Shown one piece after another: positions 28,876 to 38,616 of a stretch of 64,000 nt of DNA. The notes beneath the pieces are model-generated. The model ran no database searches, was not told the DNA's origin, and saw only the letters and a program-made list of their open reading frames with translations. Source of the DNA: an uncultured Pseudomonadota bacterium (GTDB taxonomy: Bacteria > Vulcanimicrobiota > Vulcanimicrobiia > Eremiobacterales > Eremiobacteraceae); assembly GCA_963736005.1 (NCBI GenBank), contig CAVTNB010000001.1:832001-896000 (forward strand), read 5' to 3'. The translations under genes and the position numbers were made by a program. Every line of letters begins with the position of its first letter. Position 1 is the stretch's first letter.

Positions 28876-30840
28876 TTAGAGACCGCCCCCGGCACCTAGG
28901 GCAGAATTGGTTTTTTCGGGGACCTCGATGTAGTCTTCGTAGACCAGACCTTCTGCAATCTCCATTGATTCTCCGAAGAGATTCTGCTGGAGGGCAATAT
29001 CTGCGCACGAAAAGCCGTTGGCTCGCTCTTGAGCCAGCAGCGCTGTGACACTCTGCTTGGTCTCGTAGCCGATCCACGCGTCGCAGCCAAGTTCGCCCGA
29101 AAGAGTGTTAGAATTCAATACCGTTTGATAATCGGGCAAGGCAACCCCGGGGAAGCGGAATGCCAAGGCCTTACGATACGCATCGTAGCGCGCGCTCGAG
29201 GAGAACAGATCCAGGAGGGAGATGTTTGCCGAGAGGGTGGTCGTCTGCGCTGAATACACGAGGTTGGACGCGCGCTGCGCCATCACGAGGGCGGCATCCC
29301 ATGCAGTTGTAGCAGCATCCAGCGATGCCTGCACCTTCGGCAAGTCTTTCGGCGCGATATCGCCGCTCGTGGTGTCGATGGAATTGAGCGCCGCGAGGAA
29401 GGCAGCGAGCAGTTTGACCGAGTCATTGCCCATGGAGATTGCCGCTCGCGCGTCGTCGACACCGTTCACGAACTGCTCGCCGCTCTCTGAGAGGTTCGCA
29501 GCAAATTGAGGATAGTGCGGAAGCAAGGCTCGGGTCTTGCCTGATGGCGGCCCGCTGCTAATGGAATCAGCCATGTCCTTCAACGGTTCCAGGTTCTGCG
29601 CGGCCAAGTCTGGGGCGCTGCTCAAGGCGTCCGCACTCATCCCGAGCGTTCCATTGATATCGCGCGTCAAGTGGTTAATTCCGGCGATCACCTTGCCGAG
29701 ACTGTTGTCCTTTTTCTTGGGCGAACCAAGGTTGGGAGTGGCGTTGGTCTGACCCTCGAGGGCATTCCCCAACATTTCGATATCCGTGCGAGACCCGCGC
29801 GCGCGCTCGGCCGCGAGCTGCGCGTCTGCTTTCGCGACGGCCTGAGCGCGAGCTATGCGCATCGCGAGGTCGCTAATGCTGAGCGAGTCGAGTTCGAGTG
29901 CATTTGCGACGGACTGATCGGTGGACGCCTTGGGTACTCCGGGCTTTTCGAGCGCGATGTCTATATCGCTATACTTGAGTGCGACCGCCACTTCGCCCAG
30001 ATGCTGGAGTGCGAGAGGATTGCCGGGAGACTTCTTGAGCCCTTCCTCAAGACGGACTTGAGCGTACGAGTACCGCCCTTCTTCCTGATCATGAATCGCA
30101 GTGGCGATGATGGAACTCGCACTGGGGTTATCCAATTCAGGATAGCCTTCCAAGTGCGCGATGCGATCTTTGGGCTCCGGGTGACTTTCCATCCACACGT
30201 CGCTCTTGCTCTCCTGCGGCCCGCCCGCCCCGAGCTTGCCCAAATGCGCCATGAGGTCCACCATTGCTTGTGGATCGTAGCCCGCTCTCGTCATGAGCAA
30301 CAATCCGTACTGGTCCGCTTGCAACTCGTCTTCCCGCGAGAACTTGTTCGCCGCGAGGTCGCCGCCGTAGCCGCCCAGCGCGTACGCGATCGGCGAGAAG
30401 ATGGAAATGACGCCAATCAAGACCGCCAGGACCGTATCCTTTATGCCAAGCGTGATGACATGGCGCCGCTCGATGTGGCCCGTTTCGTGTCCGAGCACCC
30501 CCGCGAGTTCATCGTCCGAACCCACAAAATTGAGCAAGCCCATCTCTGCGTGCACAAAGCCGCCAGGCAGCGCAAACGCGTTGATATCATTGTCATCGAG
30601 TATCTCATAGCGGTAGGTGATGTCGGTGCGATAGCGATTCGCAGCCAGTTTTGAGCCGATTCCATTCACCCAGTTGGCCAAGAAGGGATCGGTGATGATG
30701 ATGTTTTCGTCGTCGATTTGCTGGCTTTCGCTCTGACCGATCGCGACTTCTTTTGCGGTCGTCATGGCCGACGCCGGAAGCACGGGCATGAAGAAGCCTG
30801 ACACCAGGGTGGCTGCCAAAAGGAGGGCGATGAAACGCAT
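28876..30840 (-). CDS. secreted M48 family metallopeptidase with long helical C-terminal extension
   Basis: INAFALPGG, GHETGH, FSREDELQAD, SHP..RI. Confidence 0.85.
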   Translation of the reverse strand: MRFIALLLAATLVSGFFMPVLPASAMTTAKEVAIGQSESQQIDDENIIITDPFLANWVNGIGSKLAANRYRTDITYRYEILDDNDINAFALPGGFVHAEMGLLNFVGSDDELAGVLGHETGHIERRHVITLGIKDTVLAVLIGVISIFSPIAYALGGYGGDLAANKFSREDELQADQYGLLLMTRAGYDPQAMVDLMAHLGKLGAGGPQESKSDVWMESHPEPKDRIAHLEGYPELDNPSASSIIATAIHDQEEGRYSYAQVRLEEGLKKSPGNPLALQHLGEVAVALKYSDIDIALEKPGVPKASTDQSVANALELDSLSISDLAMRIARAQAVAKADAQLAAERARGSRTDIEMLGNALEGQTNATPNLGSPKKKDNSLGKVIAGINHLTRDINGTLGMSADALSSAPDLAAQNLEPLKDMADSISSGPPSGKTRALLPHYPQFAANLSESGEQFVNGVDDARAAISMGNDSVKLLAAFLAALNSIDTTSGDIAPKDLPKVQASLDAATTAWDAALVMAQRASNLVYSAQTTTLSANISLLDLFSSSARYDAYRKALAFRFPGVALPDYQTVLNSNTLSGELGCDAWIGYETKQSVTALLAQERANGFSCADIALQQNLFGESMEIAEGLVYEDYIEVPEKTNSALGAGGGL

Positions 30841-30892
30841 GGGAGAGATCCTTGTTCGATGGGCAGACCTCAAGGTCCGCTAGCGGGGAGAT

Positions 30893-31639
30893 TTACCAGG
30901 GAATAATTTGTTGATCCCGCCAGAAGAGGCCTGTCTGAGAAGACGGCGGACGCGCTGCTAAAAACAACGCCGTTTTCGCGGCATTTTCAGGTTCGATTGG
31001 TGCGCCGCTCCCACCCATATCCGTCTTCACCCACCCGGGATCGAATGCATCGACCATGATCTGACGATCGCGCACGTCCGCGGCCAGCAGCTGCGTGTAC
31101 ATGTTCAAGCCTACTTTACTCATGCAATACGCCGGCCCGTACCCATCTGATTCTCCCGCCAATTGTCCCATGGACGATGACACGTTGATGATGCGGCCGC
31201 CTGCGCGCAACAGCGGCACGAACGCGTTGCACATGCTGATGGGTCCCAGCAGATTGACGTTGAGGGTGCGCGCTAGAACCAAGGGATCGATCTGCGAAGG
31301 GCGCATGGCTCTGTCTTCATCGAGGAAGATGCCGGCATTGTTGACGAGCACGTCGATGACGGGATGCCGCTGCACGAGATCGAGAACGAGCATGGATATC
31401 TGGGCGGGCTCGGTGACATCGGCAACGCCGAAGTCCGCCTGGTAGCCGGCTTTGGAGAGCTCGCTTGCGATCTGTTCGCCCACTGCTCGGTCGCGAACAA
31501 CGAGTACGCTGCACGCGCCGGCCTTTGCAAAAACGGTGGCAATTGCTTTGCCGATACCGCGCCCGGCGCCGGTGATGACTGCGGTCTTGCCGCGGAGTGC
31601 ATCGGGATCGATGTGCGCATTCGCTGCGATGGTCTTCAT
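30893..31639 (-). CDS. SDR family oxidoreductase
   Basis: TGAGRGIG, NNAG, YCMSK, PGWVKTDMG. Confidence 0.9.
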   Translation of the reverse strand: MKTIAANAHIDPDALRGKTAVITGAGRGIGKAIATVFAKAGACSVLVVRDRAVGEQIASELSKAGYQADFGVADVTEPAQISMLVLDLVQRHPVIDVLVNNAGIFLDEDRAMRPSQIDPLVLARTLNVNLLGPISMCNAFVPLLRAGGRIINVSSSMGQLAGESDGYGPAYCMSKVGLNMYTQLLAADVRDRQIMVDAFDPGWVKTDMGGSGAPIEPENAAKTALFLAARPPSSQTGLFWRDQQIIPW

Positions 31640-31681
31640 GGGCGCAAGAATTCGTGCCGGCGCAGCGAATGACCCGCGCGT

Positions 31682-33655
31682 ATGAGCGAAGACAAACAGG
31701 CGATTGAGGCTCTTTTTGCCGAGCACCGCACGTTTCCGCCGAGCGAGGAATTTGCGCGCCACGCCAGACTGAGAGATCCGCAGATTTACGCGCGGGCGGC
31801 TGCCGACTTCGAAAAATTCTGGGAGGGCGAAGCGGAGTGTCTCGATTGGTTCGAGCGCTGGCGCAAAGTTTTGGTCTGGGATGATAAGTCTAAAGTCGCT
31901 CGTTGGTTTGATGGTGGCAAGATCAACGTTTCGTATAATTGCTTGGACCGTCATGTCGCTGCCGGTCACGGCAAGCAAGTCGCATACTATTGGGAAGGCG
32001 AGCCGGGCGACAGCCTCGTCCTAACGTACGAGGATCTGCTGCGCGAAACGTGCCGACTCTCAAACGCGCTCAAGGAGTTGGGGATCAAGCGAGGCGACCG
32101 GGTCGCGATTTACATGGGCATGGTGCCGCAATTGCCGGCCGCGCTGCTCGCGTGCTCGCGCCTTGGCGCTATCCATTCAGTCGTGTTCGGAGGTTTTTCG
32201 GCGGAGAGCTTGCGCGACCGGATCAACGACGGCGAGTGCAAGGTGCTGATCACGCAGGACCAGTCCTGGCGCCGTGGCGGGAAGGTTCTTCTAAAGAACA
32301 TCGCTGACGAGGCGTTACGAGGCGCGGAGTGCGTCGAAAAAGTCATTGTGCTGCGGCGCGTCGGCGACCCGGTGGATTGGCAGCCGGAACGAGACGTTTG
32401 GTACCACGACATTGTCGCTCGCCAAAGCGACCAGTGCGAACCGGAGCGCATGGATGCTGAGGACGTGCTCTACATTTTATATTCGAGCGGCACGACGGCC
32501 AAGCCTAAAGGGATCGTGCACACGACCGGCGGTTACTTGACCGGCGTCGCATCCACCCATCGCAACATCTTCGATATTAAAGAAGATTCCGACATCTTTT
32601 GGTGCACGGCGGATATCGGATGGGTGACCGGCCATTCCTACATTGTCTACGCACCGCTTGCGAACAGGACGACAAGCGTCATCTACGAGGGCACCCCAGA
32701 TTTTCCAGACAAAGATCGCTTCTGGGCCGTTGTCGAAAAATATAAGGTGACGATCCTGTACACGGCGCCAACGGCGATTCGGACATTCATGAAATGGGGC
32801 ACCGAGTATCCTGCGCGCCACGACATGTCATCGTTGCGTTTGCTGGGCAGCGTGGGCGAGCCCATCAATCCCGAGGCATGGATTTGGTACCAGCAACACA
32901 TCGGCGGAGGCCGCTGCCCCGTGGTGGATACATGGTGGCAGACGGAGACGGGCATGATCTTGATTTCACCTCTGCCGGGAATCACCGCCACAAAACCGGG
33001 GTCTGCAACATTTCCCTATCCTGGTGTTTTCGCGGACGTCGTGAACGGCGACGGTCAGCCCGTGCCGCTTGGCGGCGGCGGCTTCGTCGTCATCACCAAA
33101 CCTTGGCCGGCCATGCTGCGTACCCTGTGGAAGTCGCACGACCGCTACTTGCAAACCTACTGGAGCCGGTTTCCAAAGCAAGGCTATTATTTTCCAGCCG
33201 ACGGTTGCAAGCGTGATGAGGACGGATACTACTGGCTCCTTGGCCGCGTTGACGACGTCATGAACGTTTCCGGCCATCGCATCTCGACCACAGAAGTCGA
33301 GAGCGCCTTTGTCGATCACCCAAAAGTTGCCGAAGCCGCGGTCGTTTCAAAGAAAGACGACATCACGGGTGAAGCGATTGCAGCGTTCGTCACCCTCAAG
33401 GGCGGCGGCATTGGCTCGCAAACCGATGCCGACGAACTGCGCAAGCATGTTGCTTCGAAGATCGGCGGATTCGCGCGACCCAAATTTGTCACGTTTACCC
33501 CAGAGCTCCCCAAGACCAGATCGGGGAAGATCATGCGGCGCCTCCTGCGAGATGTCATGGAAAACCGGCCGCTCGGCGATACGACCACGCTCGCCGACGC
33601 AACGGTCGTCAAGAATCTCGCCGAAGCCGCACAATCATCGAAGGCGGAGGAGTAG
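31682..33655 (+). CDS. acs: acetyl-CoA synthetase
   Basis: YSSGTTAKPKG, DIGWVTGHSY, VDTWWQTETG, LPKTRSGKIMRR. Confidence 0.96.
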   Translation: MSEDKQAIEALFAEHRTFPPSEEFARHARLRDPQIYARAAADFEKFWEGEAECLDWFERWRKVLVWDDKSKVARWFDGGKINVSYNCLDRHVAAGHGKQVAYYWEGEPGDSLVLTYEDLLRETCRLSNALKELGIKRGDRVAIYMGMVPQLPAALLACSRLGAIHSVVFGGFSAESLRDRINDGECKVLITQDQSWRRGGKVLLKNIADEALRGAECVEKVIVLRRVGDPVDWQPERDVWYHDIVARQSDQCEPERMDAEDVLYILYSSGTTAKPKGIVHTTGGYLTGVASTHRNIFDIKEDSDIFWCTADIGWVTGHSYIVYAPLANRTTSVIYEGTPDFPDKDRFWAVVEKYKVTILYTAPTAIRTFMKWGTEYPARHDMSSLRLLGSVGEPINPEAWIWYQQHIGGGRCPVVDTWWQTETGMILISPLPGITATKPGSATFPYPGVFADVVNGDGQPVPLGGGGFVVITKPWPAMLRTLWKSHDRYLQTYWSRFPKQGYYFPADGCKRDEDGYYWLLGRVDDVMNVSGHRISTTEVESAFVDHPKVAEAAVVSKKDDITGEAIAAFVTLKGGGIGSQTDADELRKHVASKIGGFARPKFVTFTPELPKTRSGKIMRRLLRDVMENRPLGDTTTLADATVVKNLAEAAQSSKAEE

Positions 33656-33659
33656 GAAG

Positions 33660-35555
33660 TTAGGCGCCGGCGGCGCTGAGGATGAGATCGGTGCCAAGCC
33701 CAGCTGCAAACCCAAGGAATATCCCAACCGTGGCGAGTTCTCGGAACCCAAACCTTGCCCCGACTTTCGTCATCTCTGAAATCACGTAAATGATTGCTCC
33801 AGCCGCGAGCGTTAAGAAGAGCACGGACAGCACTGGCGACACGAAGTGGTAGCCGATGACCGTTCCCAAAAACGTCGGGCCGCCGCCAATGAGACCAAGC
33901 CGGACGATCGTTGAGACCTTCGCGCCCCCCGAACCCGCCAGCGGCGCCGCGATCCCAAAACCTTCTGTCATGTTGTGCAGCCCAAACCCGATGATAAGCA
34001 GCAACGCGAGCTGAATGGCTCCTGTGGCTGCGGATTGGCCGATTGCCAATCCTTCACTGAAGTTATGCAAGCCAATGCCGGAGGCGATCATCGTTGCCAG
34101 GCCCAGGGGACTTAAGTTACCGAGCGAGGTCTTTGCAAGAAACGACCTCGAGAAAAAGACAAGGCTGAGCAAACCGACGGCAAGACCGCCGAGATAGACA
34201 AACAACAACCCCAAGAATTGCGCTCTGGGTGCACCGAGCGCGATGTTGCGGAGGGCGCTCTCGACCGGATCGCTCGCCTGGCGCAAGATGTCGAACAGTA
34301 AGAAGAACAAGATCCCAATTGCGATCGCGTTGAGAAACGCAATGCCTTTGGTTGAGAGATTCTTCATCGTCGCGAACGGCAAGCCGAAAAAGATGGTCAA
34401 GCCAGCGATCGCGCCAAGAATGTAAACGGCAATCGGCGCAAGTGGAGGGCCACCTCCCCCTGAGCCGCCTTCACCACCGCCCCCGGCCGGCGCCATCACC
34501 ATGACATCCTGGGTCGCCATGTCCTTCAATCTGTTTGGTGCGTTCTCGTATTGAATCGCCGTGACGAGACCGCCCGGACCGACCGCGCCATTCATCATGT
34601 GATCGAGCACGTGGCAATGCACCATCCACGTACCCGGCTTTGCATTTGCAACGAACGCAATGTCGCGCGTCTCTCCCGGACCGATGCTCAAAGTGACCAT
34701 CAATTGTCTGTTGGCGGGCGCCACGGTCTGACCGTCTATCGCCACCACCGCAAATCTGTGGCCGTGCAAGTGCATGGTGTGAAACTCGGTACCGCTGATG
34801 TTGATCTCGCGGATGCGCACGTGTTGGCCGCTGCGAACCATGAATGGTTTGGTGAGCGGATAACTCTTGCCGTTGATGCTAAAGTAGTTTTCTGCGTCGG
34901 ACACGATGCGCCAGGACGACAAAAGCATGAGGTAGTCGTGGTCGTAGCGTTCTTTTGGTTTCGCTTCGTCAACGACAACGGCGCCATAGAGACCGCGATC
35001 GAGCTGGTTGAGATCATCGTAGTGGGTGTGATAGATGTATGTGCCCGGGGTACTCGCCGTAAAGTTGTACACGAATGACTGGCCAGGGCCGACCGCGTTT
35101 TGGCTCATGCCGGGAACGCCATCCATGTCTGCGTCGACGGGCAGCCCATGCCAGTGAATTGTCGTTGGCTCAGGCAAGTTGTTGACCAGCACGACCTGGA
35201 CGCGGTCGCCTTCGCGAACATGAATTGTCGGGCCAGGGACGGTTCCGTCAAAAGTCCAGGCCTGTTGAACGACTCCAGGAGCGACTTCCCATGGCGCCAC
35301 CTCCGCGTACAGGCAAAATGTTTTCACCTTCGCCTGAGAAACTGGCGGTAGCGAGGGAAGCAGATCGAAATCGGCTTTCGCTTGAGCCTCGGCGCTCTCC
35401 CGAACCGACGGTTGCTGCAGACAACGCGCGCTTGCGCTGTCTGACCCGGTGGCATGGGAAGGTTGCATCGGCATCGAGAGCGCCGCGGCACGCAAGGTCA
35501 CAAGGAATGCCAACGCGAGCGGGAGGACCATTAAACGAAGAGCATTGATTCTCAC
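33660..35555 (-). CDS. fusion of secreted two-domain multicopper oxidase and ZIP-family metal transporter
   Basis: Signal peptide; HWHG, YHTH, HTMHLHGH, HCHVLDH; Gly linker; ZIP motifs GLHNFSEG and GLHNMTEG in one open frame. Confidence 0.9.
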   Translation of the reverse strand: MRINALRLMVLPLALAFLVTLRAAALSMPMQPSHATGSDSASARCLQQPSVRESAEAQAKADFDLLPSLPPVSQAKVKTFCLYAEVAPWEVAPGVVQQAWTFDGTVPGPTIHVREGDRVQVVLVNNLPEPTTIHWHGLPVDADMDGVPGMSQNAVGPGQSFVYNFTASTPGTYIYHTHYDDLNQLDRGLYGAVVVDEAKPKERYDHDYLMLLSSWRIVSDAENYFSINGKSYPLTKPFMVRSGQHVRIREINISGTEFHTMHLHGHRFAVVAIDGQTVAPANRQLMVTLSIGPGETRDIAFVANAKPGTWMVHCHVLDHMMNGAVGPGGLVTAIQYENAPNRLKDMATQDVMVMAPAGGGGEGGSGGGGPPLAPIAVYILGAIAGLTIFFGLPFATMKNLSTKGIAFLNAIAIGILFFLLFDILRQASDPVESALRNIALGAPRAQFLGLLFVYLGGLAVGLLSLVFFSRSFLAKTSLGNLSPLGLATMIASGIGLHNFSEGLAIGQSAATGAIQLALLLIIGFGLHNMTEGFGIAAPLAGSGGAKVSTIVRLGLIGGGPTFLGTVIGYHFVSPVLSVLFLTLAAGAIIYVISEMTKVGARFGFRELATVGIFLGFAAGLGTDLILSAAGA

Positions 35556-36301
35556 TTCACCGACCGCATCTTGGCGTGCTCGGCCTCAGACTTCTTGACC
35601 GGCGCGACGAGAATGTCACTCGCCAGCTGCGAGCTGATCGTGTGTTCTTCACCGCCCACACAAATGGTCAACAACCCCGCTGCGCGCTCACGCCGCGCGA
35701 CGCGTAGTCTCACCCCCGGCCGCAATCCAACATCCGACAGAAATCTCAAGAGCTCTGGGATGTCGTGCTTCACTTCGAGGATAGACGCTTCCGTGTTGAG
35801 CGGCAGATCGAAAAGATCGACGGCCTCTTCGTGATGCCAAAGCGTGCCGTCAGCATGCGGAATCGGATGCCCGTGTGGGCAGGTGGCGGGGTGGTTGAGA
35901 AACTTTGCCAAGTGCTCTTCGACTGCTGGAGAAATTGCATGCTCGAGTCGGCACGCCTCATTGCCCGCAACTTCCCACGACATGCCAAGACAATCCACGA
36001 GCAGCCGTTCGGCTAACCGTTGCCGCCGGAGAATAACGGCGCCGATTCGCGCGCCCTTGGGAGTGGGCACGACGCCGTGGCGTCCTTCATGCATGACATA
36101 GCCGTCGGCGTCAAGCCGCTTGAGCATCGCCGAAACTGACGCTGGAGAAATCGCCAACTCCTGAGCAACAGCCGATGTCGAAACAGGTTCCTCACCCTCG
36201 TACAAACGCACGATGGATTTAAGGTACATCTCGACGTTTGGGCTGATCTCAGGTTCGTCGGCTTCGGGAGACGGCGGAAACTTCAGGGCGGAATTGTTCA
36301 T
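35552..36301 (-). CDS. DtxR/MntR/IdeR-family metal-dependent repressor with FeoA-like SH3 domain
   Basis: EMYLKSI, ISPASVSAMLKRL, EACRLEHAIS, CPHGHPIP, GLRPG; 4-bp overlap with the fusion gene. Confidence 0.92.
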   Translation of the reverse strand: MNNSALKFPPSPEADEPEISPNVEMYLKSIVRLYEGEEPVSTSAVAQELAISPASVSAMLKRLDADGYVMHEGRHGVVPTPKGARIGAVILRRQRLAERLLVDCLGMSWEVAGNEACRLEHAISPAVEEHLAKFLNHPATCPHGHPIPHADGTLWHHEEAVDLFDLPLNTEASILEVKHDIPELLRFLSDVGLRPGVRLRVARRERAAGLLTICVGGEEHTISSQLASDILVAPVKKSEAEHAKMRSVK

Positions 36302-36323
36302 CGACGGCAGCTCCGACGGGTGT

Positions 36324-36341
36324 AATTAGGCTTGCCTTATT
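36324..36341. promoter_or_regulatory. putative DtxR/MntR-family operator AATTAGGC-TT-GCCTTATT
   Basis: Near-perfect palindrome containing TTAGG, 22 bp upstream of the repressor ATG; second TTAGGC at 36348. Confidence 0.6.
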
Positions 36342-36517
36342 CTTCACTTAGGCACGTCAATTCTTCTAAATCAGGGCTGCCACAACGTTGCGGGTTGAGG
36401 GCGCAGATTCAGGATCGAGCCGTTGACGCGGGTCACATTGCGGGACGCAGGTTAGCGAGGCGCAACTCGGGCAATAAGTGGGTCGTTGAACTAATGCGGA
36501 GGTAACCACGCATTTAG

Positions 36518-36988
36518 ATGAAGCTAAAGATTATTGCCGGCGTGCTAGTCGCGCTGCTGTTTGTGTCGATGACACCGGGGCCGCGGGCTTTAGCCGATGG
36601 GGCAGCGAGCACGCGAAACATTCTGCTCGGGATTGGCGCGGCGGCAGGCACGCTCCTTATCATTAATCACAACAAGCAGGTGCACGCCAAATATGCCCAA
36701 GATGCCGCGGCGCAGGCTGCGCTCGCCAATCAACGCAACGATGCCGAAGCCGCCTATCAGTCAGAGGTTCGTGCGTACAAACATCAAGTTGCCGTTAGCG
36801 ACAATCTCCAGAAAGAGGTTGCACTCCAGGACGCTACTATCCAGCAGCAAAAAAAGCAGCTAGCGGAGGTAGGGGTATCCGTGCAGCCAGTTGCGCAAGC
36901 ACCGGTCATCCATGCCGGAAGCTCGCACTCAGCGCCGGCGAAGATGGCGATGAGTCAGATGGTTTCGTACGGTTGGGGAACGCTCTAG
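36518..36988 (+). CDS. hypothetical secreted coiled-coil protein
   Basis: GGAGG upstream, signal peptide ending ALA, Gln/Ala-rich helix. Confidence 0.7.
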   Translation: MKLKIIAGVLVALLFVSMTPGPRALADGAASTRNILLGIGAAAGTLLIINHNKQVHAKYAQDAAAQAALANQRNDAEAAYQSEVRAYKHQVAVSDNLQKEVALQDATIQQQKKQLAEVGVSVQPVAQAPVIHAGSSHSAPAKMAMSQMVSYGWGTL

Positions 36989-37068
36989 AGGCATTACGGA
37001 AAACAACGGTGAGAGCGCTGCCTTTGTGAGGCGGCGCCTCATCACGTGAACATGACGATGAAAGGCGG

Positions 37069-37467
37069 ATGGGGATGAAAAGAGTATGGGGTGCCGCCTG
37101 TGCGGTACTGCTTCTCGGTGTTTTTAGTTTGTCGGGATGCGGCAGCAAGGGCGGGGCGGCCAACACGGAAACGAACCTTACAGATCAGGTTACCCGTGCG
37201 GTGTACAATAACGACATGGCCGGAGTAACTTCAAACTTCAACAGCGATCTGGCTCCTCAGGTCACGCGAGCGAGTGTCGGTACGCTTTCCGACAAGATGC
37301 ACGCGCTTGGTAACTACCAAGGCCTTACTGAGGCGGCGACGGACGTCCCATCGCGACGCTATACGTTCGATGCGAAGTTCGATAACGGTGATATGACCGT
37401 CCTCGTCCGCCTTGACACAAATGGGAAGATCGCGGCATATCGCATAGTCCCAGGCGCGCCTCACTAA
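37069..37467 (+). CDS. hypothetical lipoprotein
   Basis: Lipobox LSGC. Confidence 0.7.
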   Translation: MGMKRVWGAACAVLLLGVFSLSGCGSKGGAANTETNLTDQVTRAVYNNDMAGVTSNFNSDLAPQVTRASVGTLSDKMHALGNYQGLTEAATDVPSRRYTFDAKFDNGDMTVLVRLDTNGKIAAYRIVPGAPH

Positions 37468-37470
37468 AAT

Positions 37471-37615
37471 GTAGGGGGCGATTGGAAAATCGCCCCTTCG
37501 TCTTGTGTAGCGGCGACTGTAAAGTCACCCTTTCTTTTGCGTAGCGGGCGACTGTCAAGCGCCATGTAGGGGGCGATTGGAAAATCGCCCCTTAGCAGCG
37601 GACCTTTAGGTCCGC
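37471..37615 (+). repeat. mosaic REP cluster A-C-C-A-B
   Basis: Family A at 37471-37496 and 37566-37591; family C at 37507-37530 and 37541-37563; family B at 37593-37615. Confidence 0.88.
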
Positions 37616-38616
37616 TCAGCGACGAACGCCTCGAGTTCCTTCACCCAGCCCTGCTTCTGCTCATCGGCGGCAAACGACATTCGCAAACTATTGCGCGCGA
37701 GATTTATGACATCTTCGCGCGCAAGGCCGAGGGCCATGGCCTGTTCGAACTCATCGAGAATTGTAGAACCGAAAAACGCTGGATCATCGCTGCTCAGCGT
37801 CGCAGAGATGCCCCGCGCCAGGAAAGCTTTCAAGGGATGCTCGGCCTCTTGATTCCAAACACCTGTGACACGATTGCTCGCAAGACAGCAATCGATGCCA
37901 ACTTGGCGCTGGGCGATCAATCGCATAACAGCATCCTCTTCCGCCGCCGCGACGCCATGGCCAATGCGCTCCGCACCTAAAATCTCGATTGCATCCGAAA
38001 CGCTTTGGGGTCCGGCCGCTTCACCGGCGTGTGCGGTTCTTCGCAAACCGAGTTTCCCCGCGCGATCAAAAGACTTGAAGAAGTCGCGCGCCGGAAAATT
38101 CCGTTCGTCTCCACCTAGCCCCACTCCGACTACGCCGTAGGCCATGCATTGTTGTGCGAGGTCGACGTCAGCCAAGGCCGCGTCATCACCAAGGTTGCGG
38201 ACCATGTCGAAGATGAGCAGGCTTGACACCCCGTGGATTGCCTTCGCTTGCTCGGCAGCTGCATATATGGCCTGAACGATGCCGGGAAGATCTGCGTGCT
38301 CATGAAAATGGCGAATGGTTGCGGGTGAGAAGAAAAATTCCACGTGACGCACGCCGTGTTGCGCGCTCTTGCCCAGATACTCTTGGGTAATGTCCGCAAA
38401 GTCTTCCGGCTCGCGCATCGTTTTGGCCACGCCAAGAAACGCGTGCAGAAACGATTCGAAGTCAGCGCATTGGAATAAAGAGGCAATGTCCGAGGGTAGA
38501 GTGACACCGTTGCGCTGCGCGATACGCTCGTAAGCTTGCGGCGAAACCGTTCCTTCTAAATGAACGTGAAGCTCAGCTTTGGGAAGGTCGCGTAGCCAAG
38601 GACGAAGATCCCTCAC
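37606..38616 (-). CDS. add: adenosine/adenine deaminase
   Basis: PKAELHVHLEG, AHAGE, ERIGHG, SSDDPAFF. Confidence 0.9.
   Translation of the reverse strand: MRDLRPWLRDLPKAELHVHLEGTVSPQAYERIAQRNGVTLPSDIASLFQCADFESFLHAFLGVAKTMREPEDFADITQEYLGKSAQHGVRHVEFFFSPATIRHFHEHADLPGIVQAIYAAAEQAKAIHGVSSLLIFDMVRNLGDDAALADVDLAQQCMAYGVVGVGLGGDERNFPARDFFKSFDRAGKLGLRRTAHAGEAAGPQSVSDAIEILGAERIGHGVAAAEEDAVMRLIAQRQVGIDCCLASNRVTGVWNQEAEHPLKAFLARGISATLSSDDPAFFGSTILDEFEQAMALGLAREDVINLARNSLRMSFAADEQKQGWVKELEAFVAERT

Noticed and set aside
29671..30654. 327-aa plus-strand ORF
   Set aside because: Antisense shadow of the M48 peptidase.
36380..36515. Possible riboswitch in the leader of ORF 36518
   Set aside because: No recognisable conserved riboswitch motifs by eye; would need an Infernal/Rfam scan.
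37471..37615. Repeat cluster as a possible CRISPR array
   Set aside because: Units belong to different families, spacing is irregular, copies are dispersed across the window and there are no cas genes; it fits REPs.
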